Under the pieces are notes generated by a model. That model was not told where the DNA came from and made no database searches. It worked only from the letters and a program-made list of their open reading frames with translations. The translations under genes were made by a program, and so were the position numbers. Shown here in pieces: positions 32,945 to 40,275 of a stretch of 40,275 nt of DNA. Origin of the DNA: Candidatus Omnitrophota bacterium (GTDB taxonomy: Bacteria; Omnitrophota; Gorgyraeia; Zapsychrales; Fredricksoniimonadaceae); NCBI GenBank assembly GCA_043775535.1, contig JAYVSG010000076.1, forward strand, positions 1-40,275, given 5' to 3'. Numbering within the stretch: the first letter of the stretch is position 1; the number at the start of each line of letters is the position of its first letter.

Positions 32945-33587
32945 CAGCAGGCATGCCTTCTCACTGGTCGAATTGATGCTGGTGGCCGCTCTCACGGCCT
33001 TCCTGACCGCAGCTGTTTTCGGCCTGCTGGGTAATGCCCAAACCAATTTCTTTAACGCCGATGCTAGCATTGACCTGCGCAACAGCATGCGCCTTGCTTC
33101 CGAGAAGATCTCGATGGAACTGCGCAATACGGGATACAAAAGTGCGGTGCCGCAATTCTCCATCCTGGACAATACCGGCGTCGGAGGCTCGGACATCATC
33201 CGTTTCTCCATCCCCATCCTGTGCACAACGACCGCAACCCTCCTCGATAGTTCGGGGAACCCTGCCTACTGGGGAGCACCCAAGACTTGGGGATGCGACG
33301 CCTCCACGTGCATGGATGCGAATAACAATTGCGCCATCCAGGAATACAAATACGTGCAGTATGCGCTCAATTCGTCCAACCAGCTGGAACGCAAGATCCT
33401 CGACACCGTGCTCGGCACGGTCAGCGGGACAACGACCATCGTAGGGCAGAACATCACCAACCTGCAGGCCACGATCAGCAGCAACCAGATGACCGTTATC
33501 CTGTCAGGACAGAAAATATCAGCGGTCAAGAAGACGCTGACCATGAGCTATACAAACAAGGTCTTCCTGAATAACTTCGGGGGTTGA
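32937..33587 (+). CDS. Minor pseudopilin, PilW/GspJ-like, with a Cys-rich insert
   Basis: Trimmed to ATG 32937: MVNSRHA|FSLVELMLVAALTAFL, DLRNSMRLASEKISMELRN. Four Cys in ILCTT...WGCDASTCMDANNNC. 8-nt overlap with the upstream gene. Confidence 0.75.
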   Translation: MVNSRHAFSLVELMLVAALTAFLTAAVFGLLGNAQTNFFNADASIDLRNSMRLASEKISMELRNTGYKSAVPQFSILDNTGVGGSDIIRFSIPILCTTTATLLDSSGNPAYWGAPKTWGCDASTCMDANNNCAIQEYKYVQYALNSSNQLERKILDTVLGTVSGTTTIVGQNITNLQATISSNQMTVILSGQKISAVKKTLTMSYTNKVFLNNFGG

Positions 33588-33588
33588 T

Positions 33589-35289
33589 ATGAAAAACCTA
33601 CGTCATGATAAAAGCGGCATTGTCCTGGCCATATCCCTCCTGGTCCTGATCATCACCATCACCCTCTCGGCTGTATATATCTCCCGTGCCGTGCATGAAA
33701 AAGCCATGGCGGAACGTGAGCTCCGGGCCGCCAAAGCCCTGTACACCTCCGAAGCGGGCGGACAGGCGGGTCTCGCCATGCTCGATACCATCATCAATAC
33801 CGACCTGCTCAATACCGTCAACGCCACGTCCGCGACCACCGTCTCTGCCCAGGCAGCCAACTATGTCAGCACCAACAATGCCATCGGGTTCCTGATCGCC
33901 TATGCCAAGAACGGGGCGACGGCCATGTTCACGGCCAGCGGATCAGAAGGCGTCTACACCGGCAGCGCCACAGCCCTGGATGGAAGTTCCTACACCTACA
34001 GCATCCGCATCACGGCCAAAGGCAATCCTGTGACAGTGGCGTCGAATATCTGGGACTTCCCCTACTATTTTCGTATCCAGACCACCGGTACTAACGGCAG
34101 CCAGGCCAAAAAGTTCACGGTCAACGGCGACTTCACCGTGCGTGTGCAGAAAGATAATTTCGCCCGCTATGCACTGTTCACCAACAACCAGACCCTGCCC
34201 AACGGCACCAATGTCTGGTTCACAAATACGACCAATTTCTCCGGACCCATGTTCACTAACGGCCGATACAATTTCGCCTACAACCCCAGCGGAACCTTCT
34301 ACGACGCGGTCAAACAGGAAGACAGCATGGCACGGTTCTACAACAATAACAGCCCGGTCAGCGTCAATGCCAGCTCCAATGGGACCATCGACGTGCCCAT
34401 CTTCAAATCGACCTTCACCCGCTCGGCTGCGGCCATCTCCATGCCCACGACCAGTTCGGAAGCCACCATGTCGGCGGCTGCCACGGCCGGCAATACCTAC
34501 GGCAGCAACGGCATCTATCTCCCTGCCAGCGGCAGCACACTGACTGGCGGCATCTATGTGAAGGGCGACGCCACCGTGGCCCTCAGCGTCGATGCCAGCG
34601 ACCGTGCCGTATACACGATCACCCAGGGCGCCACCACCAAGACCATCACGGTCAACCGCACAACCAACCAGACATCCGTGACGACCTCCAGCGGCACCAC
34701 GACCTATACCGGCAAACCCGACGGCACAAGCGGCAGCGGGACCATCCTCTTTGTCAACGGCAACATCAGCAGCCTGAGCGGCACCGTGCAAAAAGACACC
34801 CAAATGACCATTGCCACCCATAATGATGTGGTGATCCAGAATAATATCAAATACGCGCAATATACCGCCTCCAGCGGCACCGTGGGCACCGCCGGCTATG
34901 TGGCCCCCTCCGCAGAAGGGTACACCAATCTGCTTGGGATCATGAGCTGGACCGGCGATGTGCGCATCGGCACCTCGGCCCCCAATAACGTGGAGATACA
35001 TGCGACCGTCATGACCCAATCCGGTGTCTTTACCGTGGACAATTACGACACGACCTCCGTGCGCGGGACAGGGACGGTGATGGGCGGAGTCATCAGTGAT
35101 TATTACGGCGGGTTCGGAACTTTCAACAGCGCGACCGGCCTTTCTGTTTCCGGCTATGGCCGCAACTTCGTCTATGACACCCGCATGGACACACAGTACA
35201 CGCCGCCGTATTTCCCGACGATCAATACCTTTATTGCCTTCACCAATGACATCAATGACAAGAAATTCTGGCAACCGGGAGGTTTTTAA
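33589..35289 (+). CDS. Oversized PilX-N-domain protein with a T/S/N/G-rich body (possibly DUF4900-like)
   Basis: 566 aa. MKNLRHDKSGIVLAISLLVLIITITLSAVYI...KALYTSEAGGQAG. Thr/Ser/Gly-rich repeats. C-terminal GYGRNFVYDTRM..PPYFP. Confidence 0.7.
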   Translation: MKNLRHDKSGIVLAISLLVLIITITLSAVYISRAVHEKAMAERELRAAKALYTSEAGGQAGLAMLDTIINTDLLNTVNATSATTVSAQAANYVSTNNAIGFLIAYAKNGATAMFTASGSEGVYTGSATALDGSSYTYSIRITAKGNPVTVASNIWDFPYYFRIQTTGTNGSQAKKFTVNGDFTVRVQKDNFARYALFTNNQTLPNGTNVWFTNTTNFSGPMFTNGRYNFAYNPSGTFYDAVKQEDSMARFYNNNSPVSVNASSNGTIDVPIFKSTFTRSAAAISMPTTSSEATMSAAATAGNTYGSNGIYLPASGSTLTGGIYVKGDATVALSVDASDRAVYTITQGATTKTITVNRTTNQTSVTTSSGTTTYTGKPDGTSGSGTILFVNGNISSLSGTVQKDTQMTIATHNDVVIQNNIKYAQYTASSGTVGTAGYVAPSAEGYTNLLGIMSWTGDVRIGTSAPNNVEIHATVMTQSGVFTVDNYDTTSVRGTGTVMGGVISDYYGGFGTFNSATGLSVSGYGRNFVYDTRMDTQYTPPYFPTINTFIAFTNDINDKKFWQPGGF

Positions 35290-35537
35290 TGAAGGGGAAA
35301 GCACTCATTGCGTTGGGGCTGCTCATTGCGGTCGTATTGATGTTCTCAAAGCCGCCTGCCAAGGTGCAGGCACCCGATGTCCCTGCACCTGTCGCAGCGG
35401 AACCTGCTATGCCTTCCACTGAGATCACATCGGCGCCCATTCCACCCACGTCGGAAAAGGCTGCTGCGGGGGAAGAAAAAGAAAAGCCCGTACCGGTCTA
35501 TGAAGCACCGATCCAGGGCAATATCCTTGTGATGTGA
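35289..35537 (+). CDS. Small membrane-anchored Pro-rich protein, unknown function
   Basis: 82 aa. MKGKALIALGLLIAVVLMF, then a P/A/E-rich tail. Its ATG overlaps the stop of the 566-aa gene (TAATG). Confidence 0.5.
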   Translation: MKGKALIALGLLIAVVLMFSKPPAKVQAPDVPAPVAAEPAMPSTEITSAPIPPTSEKAAAGEEKEKPVPVYEAPIQGNILVM

Positions 35538-35948
35538 TCAATCCGGGTAAATGATCTCGAAGGGGACCTGCACGTCGGGATGAAGGCTTTTGTGTACGGG
35601 ACAAGCATGTGCAGCAGCCTCGAGCATGGGACGCTTGTCCACAGGGATGCCGGAAGCCATGCGCAGGGTCACACCGATGGTGCCGATACGGCGCGCAGGC
35701 ACGACCACCATTTCCTTGGTGACCAGAACAGTGCTGCCGTTAAGCTCAATGCCATGCTTGGCTGCGGCAATGCCCATGACGGTCAACATGCAGGAACCAA
35801 GTGCCGCGGCAACAAGGTCGGTCGGGGAAAAGGCCTCACCCTTCCCGTTGTTATCCTTAGGTGCGTCGGTGCTGATGACGCTTCCCGAGGGGCCGTGGGT
35901 GAGCCGGCAATGCAGCCCGCCTTCGTATACGATATCCATTTTGACCAT
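35538..35948 (-). CDS. OsmC/Ohr-family protein
   Basis: Trimmed to ATG 35948 (AGGAG RBS). FSPTDLVAAALGSCMLTVMG and AAAHACPVHKSL are OsmC-family Cys motifs. Confidence 0.85.
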   Translation of the reverse strand: MVKMDIVYEGGLHCRLTHGPSGSVISTDAPKDNNGKGEAFSPTDLVAAALGSCMLTVMGIAAAKHGIELNGSTVLVTKEMVVVPARRIGTIGVTLRMASGIPVDKRPMLEAAAHACPVHKSLHPDVQVPFEIIYPD

Positions 35949-35960
35949 GAAGAACTCCTG

Positions 35961-35989
35961 TTGACAAACACGTTTAATTTGCCTAAATT
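35961..35989 (+). promoter_or_regulatory. Candidate promoter 10 nt upstream of the yqhA ATG (possible leaderless mRNA)
   Basis: Perfect TTGACA (35961-35966), 17-nt spacer, TAAATT (35984-35989). ATG at 36000. No Shine-Dalgarno. Confidence 0.4.
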
Positions 35990-35999
35990 GTAATCCAAT

Positions 36000-36521
36000 A
36001 TGGGACCCAATAAAAGAAGTATTCTTGAGCACATCTTTGAGACACTGCTGTGGAAATCACGGCTCATCGTCATCCTGCCGGTGATCTTCGGCGTGCTGGC
36101 CGCCATCGGGCTCTTCGTGGCCGGTAGCTATGACATCGTGCACACCATCGTCCACAGCCTGCCCTCGCACGGGGAAGAACCTGACTACGCAAAGATCCTC
36201 ATCGGTGTCATCGGGGCGATCGACCTTTATTTGATCGGCATCGTGCTCCTCATCTTCTCCTTCGGCATCTATGAACTGTTCATCTCCCAGATCGACATCG
36301 CCCGCAATGACATCGAGCACAACATCCTTGAGATCGGCTCGCTCGATGAACTGAAGAATAAGATCCTTAAAGTGGTGGTCATGGTGCTGATCGTCACCTT
36401 CTTCAAGATCGTCCTGAGCGCCACCTTTACCACGCCGCTTGAGATGCTGTACCTAGCCATCTCCATCCTGGCGATCGCCGCCTGTACGTTCTTCCTGCGC
36501 GGCATGGACCATGACAAATAA
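36000..36521 (+). CDS. yqhA: YqhA-family (UPF0114) membrane protein
   Basis: 173 aa. LLWKSRLIVILPVIFG, IDLYLIGIVLLIFSFGIYELFISQID and LDELKNKILKVV match the YqhA pattern. Confidence 0.75.
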   Translation: MGPNKRSILEHIFETLLWKSRLIVILPVIFGVLAAIGLFVAGSYDIVHTIVHSLPSHGEEPDYAKILIGVIGAIDLYLIGIVLLIFSFGIYELFISQIDIARNDIEHNILEIGSLDELKNKILKVVVMVLIVTFFKIVLSATFTTPLEMLYLAISILAIAACTFFLRGMDHDK

Positions 36522-37731
36522 TATCCTGCTGTTCATCGCCTCCGTAGGATTCTTTACGCTGGCCAGCCGTGCCCTGCTCGTCGTCATCGGCTTCCAGGTC
36601 TACCAGATCACGCATAGCGCACTGGCCCTGGGGTGGCTGGGACTGATCGAAGCCATTCCGGCTATTTCCCTAGTGCTGGTGGGCGGCCACGCCGCCGACC
36701 ATTTCAACCGCCACCGCATCCTTTTGGTGACCCGGGCCTGTTCCTGTGCCTGCGCACTGCTCCTGGCGACCCTCTCCTTCGCCAGCCATTCTCCGTCGGT
36801 GATCCCGCTGTATGCGGTCATCTTCCTGGCCGGTATTGCCCGCGCCTTCGCCGACCCTGCCAACAGCGCCTTTGAAGCCCAGGTCGTGCCAAAACAGTTC
36901 ACCGTCACCGGCGCCTCCTGGATCTCGAGCACCTGGGTCGGCTGTTCGATCCTGGGACCCGGTGTGATCGGTTTTGTCTTCTACGCCTCTCAGGCCTTGG
37001 GTTCCTATCTTTTCATCAGCGCCTGCTTTGTCCTATCCTGGATCTCGACCGCACTTATCAAACCCACAGAACAGGTCATCCCCAAACACAAAGAACCCTT
37101 GGTCAAAAGCATGAGCATCGGGTGGAAGTTCGTCTTCAACAACCCTGCCCTGCTCTCTGCTATGGCCTTAGACCTGGTGGCCGTTCTTTTTGGAGGGGTG
37201 ATCGCATTACTGCCCATTTACGCCAATGATATCCTGCACGTAGGGGCACGGGGCTTAGGATTGCTCAATGCGGCAACATCCGCCGGGGCGCTTGTGGTCA
37301 TGCTCTTGTCCACCCGCTTTGCCCCACAGATCATCGCGCACGCCGGGCGCAATCTCATGCTGGCCGTAGCAGGATTCGGGGTGAGCATCCTGGTCTTTGC
37401 CTTCTCCAAGGATTTCTGGCTGTCCATGGCGGCACTGGCTTTGAGCGGGGTCTTCGATGGGATCAGCATGGTGGTGCGGCGGTCCATGGTGCGGTTGCTG
37501 TCACCTGATGAGATGCGGGGAAGGATATCCTCGGTGGGCTGGATCTTCGTTACAGCTTCAAATGAACTGGGGGCCTTTGAAAGCGGCATGCTGGCAGCGG
37601 CCATCGGCACCGTGCCCTGCGTTGCCGTTGGAGGTGTCGTTACCTTAGGCGTGGTCGCCCTGACCGCCTTCCTCTCCCCCCAACTGCGCGGCCTGCGCTT
37701 CGACCCCCTCACCCTCCAACGCAAATCCTAA
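36511..37731 (+). CDS. MFS transporter
   Basis: 406 aa, about 12 TM helices. GGHAADHFNRHRIL is the MFS loop 2-3 type motif. 11-nt overlap with yqhA. Confidence 0.85.
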   Translation: MTNNILLFIASVGFFTLASRALLVVIGFQVYQITHSALALGWLGLIEAIPAISLVLVGGHAADHFNRHRILLVTRACSCACALLLATLSFASHSPSVIPLYAVIFLAGIARAFADPANSAFEAQVVPKQFTVTGASWISSTWVGCSILGPGVIGFVFYASQALGSYLFISACFVLSWISTALIKPTEQVIPKHKEPLVKSMSIGWKFVFNNPALLSAMALDLVAVLFGGVIALLPIYANDILHVGARGLGLLNAATSAGALVVMLLSTRFAPQIIAHAGRNLMLAVAGFGVSILVFAFSKDFWLSMAALALSGVFDGISMVVRRSMVRLLSPDEMRGRISSVGWIFVTASNELGAFESGMLAAAIGTVPCVAVGGVVTLGVVALTAFLSPQLRGLRFDPLTLQRKS

Positions 37732-37758
37732 CTAAGTGAAGATGCACGAGGAGTGCTG

Positions 37759-37924
37759 GAGCCAATGGCGTTATGCAGCAAAACAGTCAGGGGTTTTCCG
37801 CCAAAAGTTGGCGAGGGCTTACGGTGAGAACATTCATATACAAGATATTCTATGAAATGTTCGATCCGTAAACCGAAGCAAACGGCGGAAATACCCCGTT
37901 TTGCGGAATAATGCCATTGGCTTC
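37759..37924. other. Long imperfect palindrome (candidate structured RNA or decayed MITE) in a convergent intergenic region
   Basis: gagccaatggcgttatgcagcaaaac..ggggt (from 37759) pairs with accccgttttgcggaataatgccattggcttc (ending 37924). Inner pairs: ggcttacgg..gaacattcata with tatgaaatgttc..ccgtaaacc. Centre is near 37845. Confidence 0.6.
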
Positions 37925-37958
37925 GGCATGCACAGCAAGGATGGATGAAATGCGGGAG

Positions 37959-37995
37959 AAAAGCAAAAACCCCTCATGACTTTCGTCATAAGGGG
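37959..37995 (-). terminator. Intrinsic terminator of cspA (weaker on the plus strand for the MFS gene)
   Basis: Minus-strand RNA: CCCCUUAUGAC-GAAA-GUCAUGAGGGG followed by UUUUUGCUUUU. The single non-Watson-Crick position is a U-G wobble on the minus strand but a C-A mismatch on the plus strand. Confidence 0.8.
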
Positions 37996-38019
37996 TTTTG
38001 CAATACAAGAAACTAATTC

Positions 38020-38220
38020 TTATATTTTGACTACGTTTTGGGCTTGTTCACCCTTGGGGCCCTGAACGATCTCGAATTCAACTTCTTGACCTTCGCTCAG
38101 AGATCTGTAACCTTCACCTTGGATGACGCTGTGGTGAACGAACACATCTTTGCCGTTCTCCGGGGTGATAAATCCAAAACCTTTTTGGTCATTGAACCAC
38201 TTCACTTTACCTTTAACCAT
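38020..38220 (-). CDS. cspA: Cold-shock protein (CspA family)
   Basis: 66 aa. [15 protein letters not shown] (RNP1) and VFVHHS (RNP2). Confidence 0.95.
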   Translation of the reverse strand: MVKGKVKWFNDQKGFGFITPENGKDVFVHHSVIQGEGYRSLSEGQEVEFEIVQGPKGEQAQNVVKI

Positions 38221-38283
38221 GATCTTTACTCTCCTTGTTCATTCTTAACATGAGCAACTTTTGCTCAATTTGAATCTGCAATA

Positions 38284-38311
38284 AGTATGCCACTTTTATT
38301 TATTTTGTCAA
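38284..38311 (-). promoter_or_regulatory. Candidate sigma70-type promoter of cspA
   Basis: Minus strand: TTGACA (38311-38306), 16-nt spacer, CATACT (38289-38284). Leaves a 5' UTR of roughly 55-60 nt, as is common for csp genes. Confidence 0.45.
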
Positions 38312-38329
38312 CTATAAATATTGCCTTGC

Positions 38330-38827
38330 CTAGACCGCGTGGAAAGCCTGTTCTTCCCTCAAGAACCTGAGCTCTCTCATGGTGCGGGGAATGGATTTAC
38401 CGAGGAATTCACGCAGCGGATCGTCCTTCTTGCGGTTCAAATGCTTGTACAGCTGTGATTTCTTCAAGGCCGCACGGTGCGCCGTTCCAATGATGCCGAT
38501 CACAGACAGGTTCAAAGGATCGACCCCGTAATCGCGGGCCCGCTGTTCGACACTGTCCCGGCTCATGGCCGGGTCCTTAAGATACTCGATCAACCAATGT
38601 TGGGCCGACATGGAACCGCTGAGGAATTCCTGGCACTCGCGGCGCACACGGCCATTGTGGACTAATTCTATCATGGATGCGTAGGAAACGCAATCCACCG
38701 CCTCCAAACAGAGGGCGGCCTCCACCATCTTTCTTTCCTGGTGCGCCACCGCGTCCATAACGGCCGGACGCGGAGGGGGCTGCGCACCGGAACGATGGGA
38801 AAAAAGATCATGTAGCCTGATCATCAT
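38330..38827 (-). CDS. Hypothetical protein (165 aa) packed directly behind the upstream receiver gene
   Basis: Trimmed to ATG 38827 (MMIRLHDLF) behind a strong GGAGG. Overlaps the receiver gene 3' end by 20 nt. I recognise no motif. Confidence 0.5.
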   Translation of the reverse strand: MMIRLHDLFSHRSGAQPPPRPAVMDAVAHQERKMVEAALCLEAVDCVSYASMIELVHNGRVRRECQEFLSGSMSAQHWLIEYLKDPAMSRDSVEQRARDYGVDPLNLSVIGIIGTAHRAALKKSQLYKHLNRKKDDPLREFLGKSIPRTMRELRFLREEQAFHAV

Positions 38828-39314
38828 ATTCCTCCGGCTGCCGCCCAAGGGCGAATTCGATCTTGGCAATAAGGTTGATAGGATTGAAAGGTTTAAGGAT
38901 GAATATCTTTATGCCGCACAATTTCATCATGAGGATGTGCTCCTGCTCCGTGAAGAAACCCGTCATGGCAATGATCGGAACCTCCTTCATGTGCGTGGAA
39001 TGCCTCAATTCGTCCGCGACCTGGAACCCGCTTTTCGGGCTCATCTTAAGGTCGATCAGCACGACATCGGGTTTGATGCGGTGGGCCTGCTCAAACGCAA
39101 CGGCAGAATCATGCACGATCTCCACATGGTATCCCCCCAATGTGAGCATCTCCTGCAATTCTTCCAATAATTCATAATTATCATCGACGATCATGACGGT
39201 TGGCATCTTATGCGTGAGCGACATCCGCTTCTCGGCTCTTTCCTTGATCCTGGCTTTTTCTTCCATTTCTCTCTCCGCAGTGAATTGCAACATATAGGTA
39301 CCCTCCTTGGGCAT
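38808..39314 (-). CDS. Single-domain response regulator with a charged N-terminal extension
   Basis: 168 aa. VMIVDDN, VVLIDLKMSPKSG, IIAMTG, ILKPF. Confidence 0.8.
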   Translation of the reverse strand: MPKEGTYMLQFTAEREMEEKARIKERAEKRMSLTHKMPTVMIVDDNYELLEELQEMLTLGGYHVEIVHDSAVAFEQAHRIKPDVVLIDLKMSPKSGFQVADELRHSTHMKEVPIIAMTGFFTEQEHILMMKLCGIKIFILKPFNPINLIAKIEFALGRQPEEYDDQAT

Positions 39315-39340
39315 GCACGACCCCTAAGACAAGCATACCC

Positions 39341-39368
39341 AAAATAAAAAAACCGGCAATGGCCGGTT
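39341..39368 (-). terminator. Intrinsic terminator between the two receiver genes
   Basis: Minus strand: AACCGGC-CAUU-GCCGGUU followed by UUUUUUAUUUU (plus-strand A-tract 39341-39350). Confidence 0.6.
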
Positions 39369-39398
39369 TCTTCCTTTGGTTGACTTTTTTCCACTATT

Positions 39399-39803
39399 TT
39401 ATATGGCCTGTATACCTGCCAATCCCTTGACCTGGGCGAGAAAAATGTCGATCATAAAAGGCTTGTTCATGACGGCGTCCGCCAGGGCTAGGATCATCTC
39501 TTCCTCGTCCTTCTTGCGGTTCTCGTCCTGGTTAAGCAAGGGCCCGGAGAGCGGCCGGCCGGAGAGCACCAGCACCTTGACCGGACGCGCGGCCTGGCGT
39601 ACATTCTTAAGCACTTCATAACCGTTCAATTTAGGCAGTTTGAGGTCGAGGATGATCACATCATAGGCATTCTTCTCAATGGAGCGCCGACCGCTGTCGC
39701 CGTCAAACACAGCTTCCACCTCAAAGCATCCTTCGCCATTGAGCACTTCACCTAGCTCCGCGCACATCTCTTCATCGTCATCAATGATCAGTATGCGTTT
39801 CAT
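39399..39803 (-). CDS. Single-domain response regulator
   Basis: Trimmed to ATG 39803 (MKRILIIDDDEE, AGGAAG RBS). VIILDLKLPKLNG, VLVLSG, MNKPF. Confidence 0.85.
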   Translation of the reverse strand: MKRILIIDDDEEMCAELGEVLNGEGCFEVEAVFDGDSGRRSIEKNAYDVIILDLKLPKLNGYEVLKNVRQAARPVKVLVLSGRPLSGPLLNQDENRKKDEEEMILALADAVMNKPFMIDIFLAQVKGLAGIQAI

Positions 39804-40275
39804 CGCTCTTCCTTTGGATGGGCAGCGTGACACAGACCACGGTACCTTCTCCCTGCCGGCTGGTGATCACGATCTTGCCCTGATGGAGCTGCACCAATTC
39901 ATTACAAATGCTCAACCCCAAACCCGTGCCTTTTGATTTACGGGTAAAGAACGGATCGAATATCTTATCGAGATCTGCCTCGGCGATGCCGGAGCCGTTG
40001 TCCTCAACACATATCTTGACGAGCTCGCCCTCCTTGGCCGCGCTCACCTTGATGCGGCCTTCCTTGCCTGGAAATGCCTGATGGGCATTATTGAGGATAT
40101 TGGCCAATATTTCCCTGATCTGGAAACCATCCGCCTCCATGGTGCCGAGCGTCTTGTCATATTCTTTCTCCACCACAATGTTCTTCTCTGGAAAACGGCC
40201 TTGCACATTGCTCACGCACTCATCGATCATGCTGAGCACCTGGACCTGTTCGTAATGCGGGATCTTGATGCGCGA
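39781..40275 (-). CDS. Sensor histidine kinase, C-terminal HATPase domain (partial; runs off the window end)
   Basis: The reading frame stays open to position 40275 (own translation: SRIKIPHYEQVQVLSMIDECV...). N-box ILNNAHQAF, VEDNGSGI, GTGLGLSICNELV. Confidence 0.85.
   Translation of the reverse strand, partial: SRIKIPHYEQVQVLSMIDECVSNVQGRFPEKNIVVEKEYDKTLGTMEADGFQIREILANILNNAHQAFPGKEGRIKVSAAKEGELVKICVEDNGSGIAEADLDKIFDPFFTRKSKGTGLGLSICNELVQLHQGKIVITSRQGEGTVVCVTLPIQRKSDETHTDH

Noticed and set aside
33943-35304. 453-aa ORF antisense to the 566-aa PilX-like gene
   Set aside because: The Gly/Ala/Arg/His-rich translation is the mirror of ACC/GGC-rich Thr/Gly codons on the sense strand. It has no start context or motif.
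35535-35540. Convergent genes whose stop codons abut as the palindrome TGATCA, with no terminator in between
   Set aside because: It is real in the sequence, but it is most simply a consequence of extreme gene packing. There is no further structure to interpret.
1-40275. Scan for CRISPR arrays, tRNA/rRNA genes, transposases, integrases and prophage genes
   Set aside because: I found no regularly spaced direct repeats, no tRNA-like cloverleaf candidates in the few intergenic gaps, and no recombinase-like ORFs. The only dispersed repeat is the 25-nt family reported above. This was a by-eye scan and should be confirmed with tRNAscan-SE, Infernal and a CRISPR finder.

Overview
Gene-dense 40.3-kb chromosomal segment (roughly 95% coding, with many 1-4 nt start/stop overlaps). 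It likely comes from a diderm, possibly uncultivated bacterium, judging by Mla lipid-transport genes and a lipoprotein M48 protease; taxonomy is inference only. I support about 55 CDS. I saw no rRNA, tRNA, CRISPR array, transposase, integrase or phage genes. Most genes are housekeeping or envelope functions. RNA modification: rluB-like, two SpoU/TrmH methyltransferases. Core genes: greA, ybaB, yggT, mlaEFD, lipA, def, panD, trxA, cspA. Sugar and glycosylation genes: GT2, WbpB-like oxidoreductase, WbpD-like acetyltransferase, two GT-C-like membrane proteins. Murein-peptide recycling: NlpC/P60 peptidase, Ala-Glu epimerase, DUF819. Signalling: one hybrid histidine kinase with an Hpt protein, one partial kinase, four single-domain receivers, and no DNA-binding output domain. 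Items most worth a second look: (1) at 30196-35537, two divergently transcribed, mirror-image pseudopilin modules (pilin, PilW/GspJ-like pilin, oversized PilX-like protein). No pilus motor, peptidase or secretin lies nearby, and the minus-strand module is packed against the murein-peptide genes. (2) A 1168-aa exported polytopic orphan protein (13628-17134) carries eight D-x-A-M tetrapeptides and sits among polyprenyl-phosphate-type glycosylation genes. (3) A 25-nt repeat occurs as inverted pairs at two loci (4062-4122 and 18974-19172, REPIN-like) and supplies 3' codons and stop codons to flanking genes. (4) A ~166-nt imperfect palindrome lies in a convergent intergenic region (37759-37924). 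All functional calls rest on motif recognition by eye in the translations; no database searches were run.
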